Below are positions 43,213 through 53,780 of a stretch of DNA of 64,000 nucleotides, piece by piece. Made by a program: the position numbers and the translations under genes. Within the stretch, counting starts at the first letter, position 1. Every line of letters begins with the position of its first letter. The notes beneath the pieces were generated by a model that was not told the DNA's origin, did not search any database, and saw only the letters and a list, made by a program, of their open reading frames with translations. Origin of the DNA: Gammaproteobacteria bacterium (GTDB taxonomy: Bacteria > Pseudomonadota > Gammaproteobacteria > GCA-001735895). The DNA is taken from assembly GCA_050298595.1 (NCBI GenBank), contig JBNKUM010000067.1, positions 23,660 through 87,659 on the forward strand. Reading direction: 5' to 3'.

Positions 43213-43268
43213 AACCACAGAGGGCACAGAGGTAATTAATAAATAAAATCTCTGTGTTCTCTGTGGTT
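43213..43268. repeat. REP-like inverted pair AACCACAGAGGGCACAGAG / CTCTGTGTTCTCTGTGGTT
   Basis: 19-bp imperfect inverted repeat between acnD and prpF. Confidence 0.65.
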
Positions 43269-43278
43269 GATATGTTTT

Positions 43279-45864
43279 TTAATGATTCGATTCAAGAAAG
43301 TCCTGTGCGAAGCGCTGTAATACACCACCTGCTTCATAAACCCGCACTTCTTCTGCAGTATCCAGACGACAGGTAACCGGAATTTCTACACGTTCACCAT
43401 TGGCTCGGTGCATAACCACCGTCAATTTTGTACGCGCTGTGATTTCGCCGATTACATCGTAGGTTTCGGTGCCATCGATGTTATAACTATGGCGATTTTC
43501 ACCGGGCATAAATTCCAGTGGTAGTACGCCCATACCAACCAGATTGGTTCTATGGATACGCTCAAAACCTTCTGCCACAATCGCTTCAACTCCGGCCAGG
43601 CGAACACCCTTGGCTGCCCAGTCACGTGATGAGCCCTGACCATAGTCAGCACCGGCAACAATAATCAAAGGCTGCTTACGCTGCATATAGGTTTCAATCG
43701 CTTCCCACATGCGTGTGACTGTGCCTTCGGGTTCTATGCGTGCCAGAGAGCCCTGTTTCACTGCGCCATTTTCCTGCACCATTTCATTCAACAGTTTGGG
43801 GTTGGCAAAGGTGGCACGTTGTGCGGTCAGGTGATCGCCACGATGCGTTGCGTACGAATTAAAGTCGACTTCGGGCAGCCCCATTTTGGCCAGGTATTCA
43901 CCCGCTGCACTGCTCGCCAGGATCGCGTTGGATGGCGACAGGTGATCAGTAGTGATGTTGTCACCCAGTACCGCCAGTGGGCGCATGCCTTTCATAGTGC
44001 GTTCACCTGCCAGTGCACCTTCCCAGTAAGGAGGACGACGAATATAGGTCGTCTGTGGACGCCAGTCGTATAGTGGACTGCTGGCTTCTTCTACCTGTCC
44101 CAGATCGAACATCGGGTCGTAGATCTGGTGGAACTGTTCAGGCTTTACGCAACTGCTAACAATGGCATCGATCTCTTCATCACTGGGCCAGATATCTTTC
44201 AGAGTGATGGGGTTACCGGCTTTATCAGTGCCAACAACATCCTGTTCGATATCAAAGCGTACGGTACCCGCGATGGCATAAGCGACCACCAGTGGTGGAG
44301 ATGCCAGGAATGCCTGTTTGGCATAAGGATGGATACGTCCGTCAAAGTTACGGTTTCCAGAAAGTACTGCCGTTGCGTATAGATCGCGGTCGATGATTTC
44401 CTGCTGAATCTTCGGATCGAGTGCGCCACTCATGCCGTTACAGGTAGTACAGGCGTAGCCCACAATACCGAAGCCCAGTTTTTCCATTTCGGATAATAGA
44501 CCCGCTTCTTCCAGATACAGTTTTGCGACCTTGGAACCCGGTGCAAAGGAAGACTTAACCCAGGGCTTACGCACTAGGCCGAGTTCGTTTGCTTTACGTG
44601 CAACCAGTGCTGCTGCAACCACGTTGCGTGGGTTACTGGTATTGGTACAGCTGGTGATGGCAGCAATAATGACAGCGCCATCGGGTAATTCACCCGCTTT
44701 TTCTTCCCATTTACCGGCAATACCACGAGATTCAAGATCAGCGGTTGGCAGACGGCGGTGCGGGTTGGAAGGACCCGCCATATTACGACATACAGAAGAC
44801 AGGTCGAATTCCAGTACGCGCTCGTACTCGGCATTTGCCAGATCATCCGCCCACAACCCGGTGAGTTTGGCGTACTGTTCTACCAATGCCACCTGTTCAG
44901 GTTCACGACCAGTCAGTTTCAGATAATCGATGGTTTGCTGGTCGATGTAGAACATGCCTGCTGACGCGCCAAATTCAGGCGTCATGTTTGAGATCGTAGC
45001 GCGGTCACCAATGGTCAGGTTGGCGGCACCTTCGCCAAAGAATTCCAGATATGCAGAAACAACCTTCTCGTTACGCAGGAATTCGGTCAGTGCCAGTACG
45101 ATATCGGTAGCGGTAATGCCGGGCTGGCGTTTACCCACCAGCTTGACGCCGATGATGTCGGGCAGGCGCATCATCGAGGGGCGACCCAGCATGACGGTTT
45201 CGGCTTCCAGACCACCGACACCAATCGCGATAACACCCAGTGCATCGATATGCGGAGTATGACTGTCGGTACCGACGCAGGTATCGGGGTAGGCAACGCC
45301 ATCACGCGCCTGGATGACGGGCGACATTTTTTCCAGATTGATCTGATGCATGATGCCGTTACCGGCAGGGATTACGTCGACATTCTTGAATGCGGTTTTG
45401 GTCCATTCGATAAAATGGAAGCGATCATCGTTACGTCGATCTTCAATCGCGCGGTTTTTATCAAAGGCGTCTGGATCAAATCCACCAAACTCAACCGCCA
45501 GCGAATGATCCACAATCAACTGAGTAGGAACGACAGGATTGACTTCGGCTGGGTCGCCACCCATATCGGCAATCGCATCGCGCAGACCGGCAAGATCGAC
45601 CAGTGCGGTTTGACCCAGAATGTCATGGCACACAACGCGAGCCGGATACCAGGGGAAATCAAGATCCTGTCTGCGTTCGATAAGTTGCGTCAGTGAGTCG
45701 GTCAGAACCTCAGGATCACAACGGCGCACCAGCTGCTCAGCCAGCACGCGTGAGGTGTAGGGGAGTTTGGCATAAGCGCCGGGCTGGATCGCTTCCACAG
45801 CCTCGCGTGTATCAAAGTAATCCAGATCGCTGCCCGGTAAATTCTTACGATAATTCGTGTTCAT
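43279..45864 (-). CDS. acnD: Fe/S-dependent 2-methylisocitrate dehydratase
   Basis: PARVVCHDILGQTALVDLAG, AITSCTNTSNP, ACTTCNGMSG, GSSRDWAAKG; adjacent to prpF. Confidence 0.95.
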   Translation of the reverse strand: MNTNYRKNLPGSDLDYFDTREAVEAIQPGAYAKLPYTSRVLAEQLVRRCDPEVLTDSLTQLIERRQDLDFPWYPARVVCHDILGQTALVDLAGLRDAIADMGGDPAEVNPVVPTQLIVDHSLAVEFGGFDPDAFDKNRAIEDRRNDDRFHFIEWTKTAFKNVDVIPAGNGIMHQINLEKMSPVIQARDGVAYPDTCVGTDSHTPHIDALGVIAIGVGGLEAETVMLGRPSMMRLPDIIGVKLVGKRQPGITATDIVLALTEFLRNEKVVSAYLEFFGEGAANLTIGDRATISNMTPEFGASAGMFYIDQQTIDYLKLTGREPEQVALVEQYAKLTGLWADDLANAEYERVLEFDLSSVCRNMAGPSNPHRRLPTADLESRGIAGKWEEKAGELPDGAVIIAAITSCTNTSNPRNVVAAALVARKANELGLVRKPWVKSSFAPGSKVAKLYLEEAGLLSEMEKLGFGIVGYACTTCNGMSGALDPKIQQEIIDRDLYATAVLSGNRNFDGRIHPYAKQAFLASPPLVVAYAIAGTVRFDIEQDVVGTDKAGNPITLKDIWPSDEEIDAIVSSCVKPEQFHQIYDPMFDLGQVEEASSPLYDWRPQTTYIRRPPYWEGALAGERTMKGMRPLAVLGDNITTDHLSPSNAILASSAAGEYLAKMGLPEVDFNSYATHRGDHLTAQRATFANPKLLNEMVQENGAVKQGSLARIEPEGTVTRMWEAIETYMQRKQPLIIVAGADYGQGSSRDWAAKGVRLAGVEAIVAEGFERIHRTNLVGMGVLPLEFMPGENRHSYNIDGTETYDVIGEITARTKLTVVMHRANGERVEIPVTCRLDTAEEVRVYEAGGVLQRFAQDFLESNH

Positions 45865-46559
45865 TGTGTAACCCTCTTGAAGGCGTTTTTATGGTTAATC
45901 AGATTTTTTTCTAAATTATTGCGCGTGTAGAGAATGTGGCGACGCATCAGTATTTCTGCCAGCTCTGCATCGCGATTGGAAATAGCCTGAACAATATGCC
46001 GGTGCTCATCAAAAGCGGTAGTGACCCGCGGGCCAGCCATACCCAGTTGCACGCGGTACATACGGATCAGGTGGTAGATGCCATTCATTAATTCAGAAAT
46101 CAAATGGCGGTTTTTGCTACCCAGCATGATGCGGTAATGAAAATCGACATCACCAGCTTCCTGGTAATAGGTTTCACCACCCTGCACGGTTTGGAAATGG
46201 GTATTTAGTAAGGCGTTGAGATCAGCAATTTCCTCATCGGTCATATTCTCGGCAGCCAGCCGGGCCGCCATACCTTCCAGTGCTTCGCGTACCTGATACA
46301 GCTCCGCGAGCCCCTCAGCAGTCAGCGCGACCACCCGGTAACCGACATTAGCCTTGCGCTCTACCAGATGACAGGTTTCCAGGCGGTTGAGTGATTCACG
46401 AATCACAGCGCGACTGACGGAGTATTTTGTCGACAATTCCGTTTCACTGAGCTTTGACCCCGACGCAATCGTGCCATCAACAATATCCGAGCGCAGCTGG
46501 ATAAAGGTCTTATCTGCAACCGTTACAGGCTGGTCGGTAAAGTGCAGAATTGATGTCAC
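45861..46559 (-). CDS. GntR/FCD family regulator of methylcitrate genes (PrpR-GntR type)
   Basis: wHTH (SETEL...VSRA.IRE.L..LE), FCD (REALEG, D.DFH, EH..I..AI); GTG start after AGGGG. Confidence 0.88.
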   Translation of the reverse strand: MTSILHFTDQPVTVADKTFIQLRSDIVDGTIASGSKLSETELSTKYSVSRAVIRESLNRLETCHLVERKANVGYRVVALTAEGLAELYQVREALEGMAARLAAENMTDEEIADLNALLNTHFQTVQGGETYYQEAGDVDFHYRIMLGSKNRHLISELMNGIYHLIRMYRVQLGMAGPRVTTAFDEHRHIVQAISNRDAELAEILMRRHILYTRNNLEKNLINHKNAFKRVTQ

Positions 46560-46578
46560 TGAGATGCCCCTTTGTTTA

Positions 46579-46642
46579 ATTGTCGACAATATAAGCATGT
46601 TTAGTTCTAATTTCTAGCCCAAAAGCCGATATTGTCGACAAA
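46579..46642. promoter_or_regulatory. Two ATTGTCGACAAT-type operators (third copy inside gntR at 46426-46437)
   Basis: Perfect palindrome at 46579-90, one-mismatch copy at 46631-42; matches the recalled proteobacterial GntR-PrpR motif. Confidence 0.75.
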
Positions 46643-46775
46643 AGTTAAGAATGATTGTTTATATATTGAGAATTTTTGTGTTTAACCATGAGGAGCTTCG
46701 TGTTAAAGACTTTTTAGTTAAAGCGTAGTAATTTAGTTTTCCATGGGAAAAGCAAACGTAGTGGAACAAGAATCT

Positions 46776-47237
46776 ATGAAAATTATTGAAGCTGATTATG
46801 CAGATCTGGCAAAAGTCGCTTACCTGTTTCGTGAGTATCAGCAGTTAATCGGTGTTGACCTGTGTTTTCAGGGCTTTGAAGAAGAACTGGCCAGCCTGCC
46901 CGGTAAGTATGCGCCACCAACGGGAGCAATTTTCATTGCCATTGATAACGCAGAATTGATTGGTTGTGTGGCGATACGTCCCATCGATCAGCAACAGGCA
47001 GAGTTAAAGCGGCTTTATGTGAAACCGGACAGGCATGGTCAGGGGATTGGCAAGCAGTTGTTTGAAACCGCCATGTCGCGTGCGCAATCGATTGGGTATG
47101 GCAGTATTGTGCTGGATACGCTGGAATCTATGCGTAGTGCTCGGCGCTTGTATCAGGCGTATGGGTTTCGGGAGATTGAGGGTTACTATCATAATCCGGA
47201 TTCGACGGCTAAGTTTTATCGGTATGATTTTGGGTAG
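46776..47237 (+). CDS. GNAT family acetyltransferase
   Basis: DLCFQGFEEELASLPGKY, ELKRLYV, GQGIG, LDTL..M..A..LY...GF (alternative start 46743). Confidence 0.88.
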   Translation: MKIIEADYADLAKVAYLFREYQQLIGVDLCFQGFEEELASLPGKYAPPTGAIFIAIDNAELIGCVAIRPIDQQQAELKRLYVKPDRHGQGIGKQLFETAMSRAQSIGYGSIVLDTLESMRSARRLYQAYGFREIEGYYHNPDSTAKFYRYDFG

Positions 47238-47364
47238 TTGAGAGTTGTGATTGACATGATAGACGAGATAAAAAGTTATCTGTCATCACGAGCTTTAGCG
47301 CGGTGATCTAAACGGCAGTAGAAATTATCTCTTTTCTATGAAAATTTGTTAGCAGTATGACGCT

Positions 47365-47682
47365 TCATAAGATTGGCATATTAGAAAAGTGTAATCTGTT
47401 GCCCTGGAAGTTACTTTGAATGGTGTCTTCTTCTATGCTTACACTGTATGTGCCTGATGTGACTTCATCATCAGTAATTTTCTCAAAACGTACACTCATA
47501 CCCTCCAGAGTAGTTTCTGAGAAATCAGTAGAGTCAGAACACTGATTTAAAACACGCTCTTCATATCTTGCTAATTTAGCTTTAAGAGATTGTCTTAACT
47601 CAAATTCATGAGCTTGTCTTAACTCAAGTTCATGAGCTTCTTTGCGTTTCTTTTCTTGTTTATTACTGAAAAAACCAAACAT
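47365..47682 (-). CDS. Hypothetical protein with 24-bp internal tandem duplication
   Basis: 105-aa ORF; AHELELRQ/AHEFELRQ encoded at 47590-47637. Confidence 0.45.
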   Translation of the reverse strand: MFGFFSNKQEKKRKEAHELELRQAHEFELRQSLKAKLARYEERVLNQCSDSTDFSETTLEGMSVRFEKITDDEVTSGTYSVSIEEDTIQSNFQGNRLHFSNMPIL

Positions 47683-48251
47683 ATTCTTTAACTGACACTC
47701 ACTACGTTAAAAAGATTATTTAGATGAGCTGTTAATATATACAGATTTGTTTATAGAAATGTGACCGGTTTAGAGTTTAGAACAGCTTGCGCTAGCAAGT
47801 AATTCGTTTTGTGAAGCTGGTCAAAAAAGATACCCCATTTTATTGTGAATCCAGCCTTTCTATTGATCTTGCTCTTGGCGTTTAAGTATCAGGTGACAGT
47901 GAGCTATCAGGGTCTGTTAACACGATCAGTTGAATCAATCATTCAGCATTGGTACCCAACCCGGAATAGTTTTAACTCGATCAAGCCAGGCAGCTACAGC
48001 CGGGTAAGAATCTAAAGAAAATCTTGCATCATCAGCAAGCGCGGCACAGGGAAAGCAGGACAATATGCAATGGGAAATTTTCGTATGTTTCAGTGTCTAT
48101 ATTCGGCATTTTGTATGCTCAACGAGGCTGTAGAAAAAGCCCTTTTAAGGACGAGATTTCACTCAGTAGATTTTTATTTTTCATGCTTGTCACTTTGGCG
48201 TCATTTTATGTTGATTTCAACTATTTATATATTTGAAGTTTCTTTTCCCTC

Positions 48252-48569
48252 CTAATGCTTGATATAAGAACAACAATAATCCGTAATCCCATGCACCTTA
48301 AGCTGGAACCTTGAAGACGCTGGCACTTCAAATGATTCCCCACCCTTAATCGCCTGCCATTCAGAACTATCCGGCAGCATGATCTCCAGATCACCGGACA
48401 TGATTTCCATAATCTCTTTGTCATCGGTTCCAAACTCATACTCACCAGGCAACATGACGCCGAGGGTTTTATGCGTTCCATCTGGGAACTTAACGGTGCG
48501 GCTGGTGACCTTGCCGTCGAAATAGGCGGTTACTTCTTTGATGATGGTGACGTTTTCAAATTTCGACAT
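48252..48569 (-). CDS. ppnP: Pyrimidine/purine nucleoside phosphorylase (DUF1255)
   Basis: [41 protein letters not shown]. Confidence 0.9.
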   Translation of the reverse strand: MSKFENVTIIKEVTAYFDGKVTSRTVKFPDGTHKTLGVMLPGEYEFGTDDKEIMEIMSGDLEIMLPDSSEWQAIKGGESFEVPASSRFQLKVHGITDYCCSYIKH

Positions 48570-48689
48570 GATGGTTTCTGTTTACCTGCGTTAGTGTCAT
48601 GGAAGTCAGGATAATAAGGGAGAATTAACGCCAAAACCAGATTTGCTTGCTACTATTCGGGTACAGCTTTTATTTTTCCGGTTTACTGT

Positions 48690-49697
48690 ATGCAGGCTTT
48701 AGCCATTCTTTTCTGTGGGTTTTCTATTTTCAGTGCTTTTAGCATTTCGCTGATGCATTTTCGGCGTGAGATTTATCGGCAGCAGCCAGAAGCTCGCATT
48801 ATGGGGCTGGTGCTGTTAGGCACGCTCGCTGGTTTACAGCTTGTTCATTTTGGTTATCTTGAATACAAGTCTGACTGGGTTCATGGGCCGATTTACCATG
48901 CCCTGTTATTTCTGGTAGCGCCTGCTTTTTATCTATTTAGCAAGCCCTTGCTGATGGGTAAACGCGAAACTTCCAGCCTGCAGTGGTTACATCTGTTTCC
49001 GGTAATCATTGGGGGATTTTTACCAGAGGGCCTGGCATTAGCTGGTGCTTTTGGCATCGGCGCTGTTTATCTGGTTTGGCTGGGCCTTAAGCTGTATGCG
49101 TTACGTGCCGAGCGTTCACGCTTTCAGATGGAGATTGGGTTATTGTCCATGATGATTTTGATTGGCATCATCGTTATGCTGCTGGGGCTGGGTGCGCCTC
49201 TGGTTTCTGAGCAAATATTTTTTACCCTGTACAGCCTGTGTATCGGTGCCGTGTTTTTACTGATGAACCTTACATTGGGTTATGCGCCGCAACTGCCAGC
49301 CGATATTGTCGAAGCGGCCGAAGCAACCTATGCGGTTTCTACGCTAGCGAATATCGATACCCGTGTTGCGATAACCCGCTTAAAGCAGTTGATGGAAGAG
49401 CAGCAGCTTTACCGCCGACCGGAATTAAATCTTGTGATGCTGGCCGCTGAGTTAAATCTGTCCAGACATCAGCTATCCGAATTGATCAACACTCATATCG
49501 GCAAGGGGCTATCGCGATTTATTCGAGAGTATCGCGTTGAAGCTGCACAGAAAATGTTGATCGCTGAGCCGCAGGCTTCGGTACTTGCGGTCGGTTTGAG
49601 TGTGGGCTTTACTTCACAGTCCAGTTTTTACCAGGCCTTCAATGAAATCTGCGGTATGTCACCCGGACGTTTTCGTCAATTAAATACTCCTGAATGA
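48690..49697 (+). CDS. Membrane-anchored AraC family regulator
   Basis: About 6 N-terminal TM helices; C-terminal HQLSELIN, YRVEAA, VGFTSQSSFYQAF..ICGMSP. Confidence 0.87.
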   Translation: MQALAILFCGFSIFSAFSISLMHFRREIYRQQPEARIMGLVLLGTLAGLQLVHFGYLEYKSDWVHGPIYHALLFLVAPAFYLFSKPLLMGKRETSSLQWLHLFPVIIGGFLPEGLALAGAFGIGAVYLVWLGLKLYALRAERSRFQMEIGLLSMMILIGIIVMLLGLGAPLVSEQIFFTLYSLCIGAVFLLMNLTLGYAPQLPADIVEAAEATYAVSTLANIDTRVAITRLKQLMEEQQLYRRPELNLVMLAAELNLSRHQLSELINTHIGKGLSRFIREYRVEAAQKMLIAEPQASVLAVGLSVGFTSQSSFYQAFNEICGMSPGRFRQLNTPE

Positions 49698-49730
49698 TCA
49701 ATTCGGAATGCCGGATTGATCAATACGGAA
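49695..49730 (+). promoter_or_regulatory. Direct repeat TGATCAATwCGGAA (22-bp period), candidate AraC site
   Basis: 49695-49708 and 49717-49730, 13/14 identical, upstream of the downstream operon. Confidence 0.55.
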
Positions 49731-49781
49731 GTTTAATCTCCCTCCTCTTCTTATTCTTAAACTCAAAACACGAGGTTGAGA

Positions 49782-50615
49782 ATGATGAAAATTTTACTGA
49801 CCGGTGCTACCGGGTTTATCGGTTGGCATTTAGACAAAGCGCTACAGCTTAAGGGATACCAGGTGATCCCGATAAGTCGTAGTCATGGTTACGATGCCAA
49901 TCATATGCTGCAGGCAGAAAGCTGGCTGCCTGTGCTGGATGGCATTGATTGTGTCATCAATGCAATGGGCATAATCAGAGAGACAGGCAGGCAATCTTTT
50001 GAGCGGATTCATACCCAGGCAGCTGTGGCCTTATTCGAAGCCTGTAAACAAACATCGATAAAACGTGTTATTCAAATCTCTGCGCTGGGCGCCGATGAAT
50101 CAGCGTCTACCCTATTCCTGACCAGCAAGAAACAGGCGGATGATTATCTGCGACTTTGTGATTGCGACTGGTTTGTACTGCGCCCCTCACTGGTTTATGG
50201 AAATGGAGGCGTAAGTAGTGCGATGTTGCGTAAGCTCTCTGGCCTGCCTCTGATACCAGTGATTGGCAAGGGTGAGCAAATGCTGCAACCGGTAGCGATC
50301 AATGATCTGGTGGATACGGTTATGCAATGCATCTGTTCTCCTGATACCAGGCAGACTCTGGATGTGGTCGGCCCTGTTCCTATTAGCTATATAGACTGGT
50401 TGCAACTGATGCGACAGCAACTGGGGAAGTCACCAGCTCCTACCTTAAAGCTACCATTCCAGTGTGCTCTGGTGATTGCGGGTTTTGCGCGTTATCTGAA
50501 CCCCCTGATGGAGCCAGATAACCTAAGAATGTTACAGCAGGGAAATACCGCTGACGTTAGTCCACTGGCGAACTTTATCGGCCATATGCCGCAAAGTGTG
50601 GGGGGGCAAAAATGA
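49782..50615 (+). CDS. NAD(P)-dependent epimerase/dehydratase (atypical SDR, NDUFA9-like)
   Basis: LTGATGFIG, QISALGAD, LRPSLVYG. Confidence 0.85.
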   Translation: MMKILLTGATGFIGWHLDKALQLKGYQVIPISRSHGYDANHMLQAESWLPVLDGIDCVINAMGIIRETGRQSFERIHTQAAVALFEACKQTSIKRVIQISALGADESASTLFLTSKKQADDYLRLCDCDWFVLRPSLVYGNGGVSSAMLRKLSGLPLIPVIGKGEQMLQPVAINDLVDTVMQCICSPDTRQTLDVVGPVPISYIDWLQLMRQQLGKSPAPTLKLPFQCALVIAGFARYLNPLMEPDNLRMLQQGNTADVSPLANFIGHMPQSVGGQK

Positions 50616-51085
50616 CTTACCTGACACTTAAATACCTGCACCTGCTGAGTATGGTTTTGTTGTTTGGAACAGGTCTTGGCAGTGCATTTTATAAATGGAT
50701 GGCCGACCGATCCAGAAATGTAACCCACATCGCGATAGTCAATAAACATGTGGTTTTAGCTGACTGGTTGTTTACCACACCGACCATTGTTATCCAGCCC
50801 ATCACCGGAATATGGATGCTGTATCTGATTAACATACCTTTGACCACTTCCTGGGTTTTAATCAGTCTGTTGCTTTATGCGATAGCAGGACTGTGCTGGT
50901 TACCCGTGGTGTGGTTGCAAATTCGCATGCAAAAACTGGCACAACTGGCTGTTGACCAGAAAACGGACTTAGGCAATCAATATTGGCGCTATGCACGTAT
51001 CTGGTTTTATCTCGGCATCCCGGCGTTTATCGCAATGGTCCTTATTGTCCTACTGATGGTCATGAAATATAGCTTTGGAGCGTGA
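50612..51085 (+). CDS. DUF2269 family membrane protein
   Basis: LKYLH, LFGTGLG.AF, ADWLFTTP, CWLPVVWLQ, WF.LG.PAF. Confidence 0.82.
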   Translation: MTYLTLKYLHLLSMVLLFGTGLGSAFYKWMADRSRNVTHIAIVNKHVVLADWLFTTPTIVIQPITGIWMLYLINIPLTTSWVLISLLLYAIAGLCWLPVVWLQIRMQKLAQLAVDQKTDLGNQYWRYARIWFYLGIPAFIAMVLIVLLMVMKYSFGA

Positions 51086-51086
51086 A

Positions 51087-51671
51087 ATGAAACAAAAATC
51101 AATTATGCAAATGGCGTTAAAAGATCAATGGCAAGAGCTACCACAATCGTTAAAGGCGCATTATCAGGGTGAAGATAATGCAGATGTGGGTAAGTTAAGC
51201 ATTGAATACCCGAAAGCAATGCAGTTACCACTTAACCTGTTGAGGATATTGGGTGCATTGATTAATCGAGCAGGGAATGAAATTCCTGCAAAGGTTGAAA
51301 AATCTATGCGCAAAGATAAGCAATACTGGAAGCGTGAAATCAACTTCCTGGATGGAAGAAAGGTTATCTTTAAAAGTGTATGGCAATATTACGACGGTAA
51401 TGAATTGATCGAATTTGTTAATCGATTTATCGGTTTGAGGATGGCGGTAAAGGTAGAGGATGAAATCTTACGCTATGAAGGTAAAGGTTTTGAATTACGT
51501 CTGGGTAAACTGCGTCTAAGCATTCCAGAGTGGATGCTATTAGGTCACACCAGTATTGAAGAAAAGGCGATAGATGATAATCATTTCGCGATGGACTTTC
51601 GCTTACATCACCCTGTATTCGGTCAGATTTATCGATACTCTGGCACTTTTAATACTGAACAGAGGGAATAG
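51087..51671 (+). CDS. DUF4166 family protein
   Basis: W..LP.....H, W.R.., HP.FG....YSG.F; usual partner of DUF2269. Confidence 0.72.
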   Translation: MKQKSIMQMALKDQWQELPQSLKAHYQGEDNADVGKLSIEYPKAMQLPLNLLRILGALINRAGNEIPAKVEKSMRKDKQYWKREINFLDGRKVIFKSVWQYYDGNELIEFVNRFIGLRMAVKVEDEILRYEGKGFELRLGKLRLSIPEWMLLGHTSIEEKAIDDNHFAMDFRLHHPVFGQIYRYSGTFNTEQRE

Positions 51672-51965
51672 TATACGATGGGCTTATCGGCTGCATTGCC
51701 GTATCCGCACTCCAGTCACCAGGCAACAGCAGTGCAGCGCCGATACTGGTGGTCCCAGTTCGTCGGGGCCACTGTGTTCGTAGTCAAGCACCATAGCCGC
51801 GAACTCACCATTTGCCCGCACAGGCATTGATCGTCGATCGCGGAGCTCTCGGCGAATATCAACAAAACAATGATCCTGCAAAACCTCTAGCGCCAGAGCA
51901 ACCGATAGATCAAAAAGCGTCTCTGATAAAACATAACAATTTCTCCGGCAGATTTTGCTAGTCTG

Positions 51966-53780
51966 TTAATGGCCAATGCGTTTGGCCAAAGCTTCTATCT
52001 CTGCCATATAGCGCTTAAAGTCAGGCGAGTCAGGTCGACTGTAATTAAGGTTTTTGAATAGTCCGGTAAAACGAGTGAAGTAGTCTCTGGCCTGATCCTT
52101 GTCGCTGAAGTCGTAGCTGCGTTCTATCAGCTCGAAGATCTTGCCAAAGCAGAGCTGCTGCCGCTCCAGTGATGTCGAGGCATCTACTTCGTCGAAAGCG
52201 TCCTGCTGTAGATAAACCATGTCGAGGAACAGAGCTTTCTGATAGGTCACATAATCTTCCAGAGTGACCCCTTCGATGCCAGTCACCTGCATCATCTGCA
52301 ATACTGAGTCACCCTGCCTGAACAAAGCTAACATAGCTTTGACCCGCTGCGTCCAACCTTCTCCCATGTTCTTTTCATACCAGCCAGCGAGCTGCTCCTG
52401 GTATCGCGACCAGGAGATCAACGGGTCAACAGCTGGGTAGAAACGCTTGTAAGCGCGGTCGTAGGAGAGCCCGAGAAAACACTTCACCGTGCTCAGGGTT
52501 GATTGGGTGACGGGCTCCTCGAAGTTACCACCAGCCGGTGATACGGTGCCGATCATGGTCAGGCTACCGCTTTCACCATCGCGTGACTGGATAACCCCGG
52601 CACGCTCGTAGACGCTACGAATGGCGGAGTCGAGATAAGCTGGAAAGGCCTCCTCGCCTGGAATCTCCTCCAGTCGACCGGAGGTCTCGCGCATCGCCTG
52701 AGCCCAGCGCGAGGTTGAGTCGGCCAGTAACAATACGTCGAAGCCCATCTGGCGGTAGTACTCACCCAGCGTAATACCTGTGTAGATAGATGCCTCGCGG
52801 GCGGCCACTGGCATGGATGATGTGTTGCAAATGATGATGGTGCGATCCATCAGCGATCCACCGGTGGCAGGGTCACTCAGATGAGGAAACTCTGAGATGG
52901 TCTCAACTACTTCTCCGGCGCGCTCACCACAGGCGACGATGATAACGATATCGACCGATGAGTAGCGCGAGATCAGGTGTTGCAATACCGTCTTGCCCGC
53001 GCCAAATGGTCCGGGAATACAGCCAGTGCCACCACGCGCGATAGGGAAGAAGGTATCCACCAGACGCAAGGTAGTGACCAGCGGTTCTGAAGGGTAAATG
53101 CGCTCACATAGACTCTGATCAAGTATCGGCTGAGGAATAGATCGCCGCACCGGCCAGCGCTGTTTTAAATCAACCTGATGCTCGTGACCATGGCTATCCA
53201 GTAGAGTAGCGACATGAGTCTCCACATTGACGCTGCCTTCCTGAATCCACACCACCTCCACCTCACCAGACTGGTCGAAAGGAACCATGATCTTATGAGT
53301 GAAGGCACCTTCCTGTACGGTGCCGATGACATCAGCCGCGCGCAAGCGCGCTCCGGTTTGCACACGGGGAATAAACGACCACTTACGACGCCTGTCCAGG
53401 GCTGGTAACTCTTCACCACGGGGTAGAAAGATACCGTGCGCCAGGGCAACATCCTCCAACGGGTTTTGCAGTCCATCATAAACCTGGCCCAGCAGCCCGG
53501 GACCGAGTTCCACCGATAGCATCTCGCCGCTTTGCTCGACCGGATCACCCACACTAACCCCGGCGGTACTTTCAAAAACCTGCACATCGGCCTGCTTGCC
53601 GCGTATGCGTAGTACCTCAGACTTGAGACGCTCCTGACGACCATCTTCACCGAGCCGACTGGGGCGCACATAAACCACTTCATTTTTCATCAGAGAAGCG
53701 GTCGATTCGATGGTGACCATGTCGTCCTGAACACTGACTACGTGAGCATCATAAGGAGATTCAGTTATTTTACTCATCAA
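51966..53780 (-). CDS. atpA: V/A-type ATP synthase subunit A
   Basis: GPFGAGKT Walker A, ACGERAGE, NTSSMPVAAREAS, ADSTSRWAQA. Confidence 0.95.
   Translation of the reverse strand: MMSKITESPYDAHVVSVQDDMVTIESTASLMKNEVVYVRPSRLGEDGRQERLKSEVLRIRGKQADVQVFESTAGVSVGDPVEQSGEMLSVELGPGLLGQVYDGLQNPLEDVALAHGIFLPRGEELPALDRRRKWSFIPRVQTGARLRAADVIGTVQEGAFTHKIMVPFDQSGEVEVVWIQEGSVNVETHVATLLDSHGHEHQVDLKQRWPVRRSIPQPILDQSLCERIYPSEPLVTTLRLVDTFFPIARGGTGCIPGPFGAGKTVLQHLISRYSSVDIVIIVACGERAGEVVETISEFPHLSDPATGGSLMDRTIIICNTSSMPVAAREASIYTGITLGEYYRQMGFDVLLLADSTSRWAQAMRETSGRLEEIPGEEAFPAYLDSAIRSVYERAGVIQSRDGESGSLTMIGTVSPAGGNFEEPVTQSTLSTVKCFLGLSYDRAYKRFYPAVDPLISWSRYQEQLAGWYEKNMGEGWTQRVKAMLALFRQGDSVLQMMQVTGIEGVTLEDYVTYQKALFLDMVYLQQDAFDEVDASTSLERQQLCFGKIFELIERSYDFSDKDQARDYFTRFTGLFKNLNYSRPDSPDFKRYMAEIEALAKRIGH

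Noticed and set aside
51684-51881. 65-aa ORF after subunit A as a missing V-ATPase subunit F/G
   Set aside because: No resemblance to F or G, weak start, no motif in any frame
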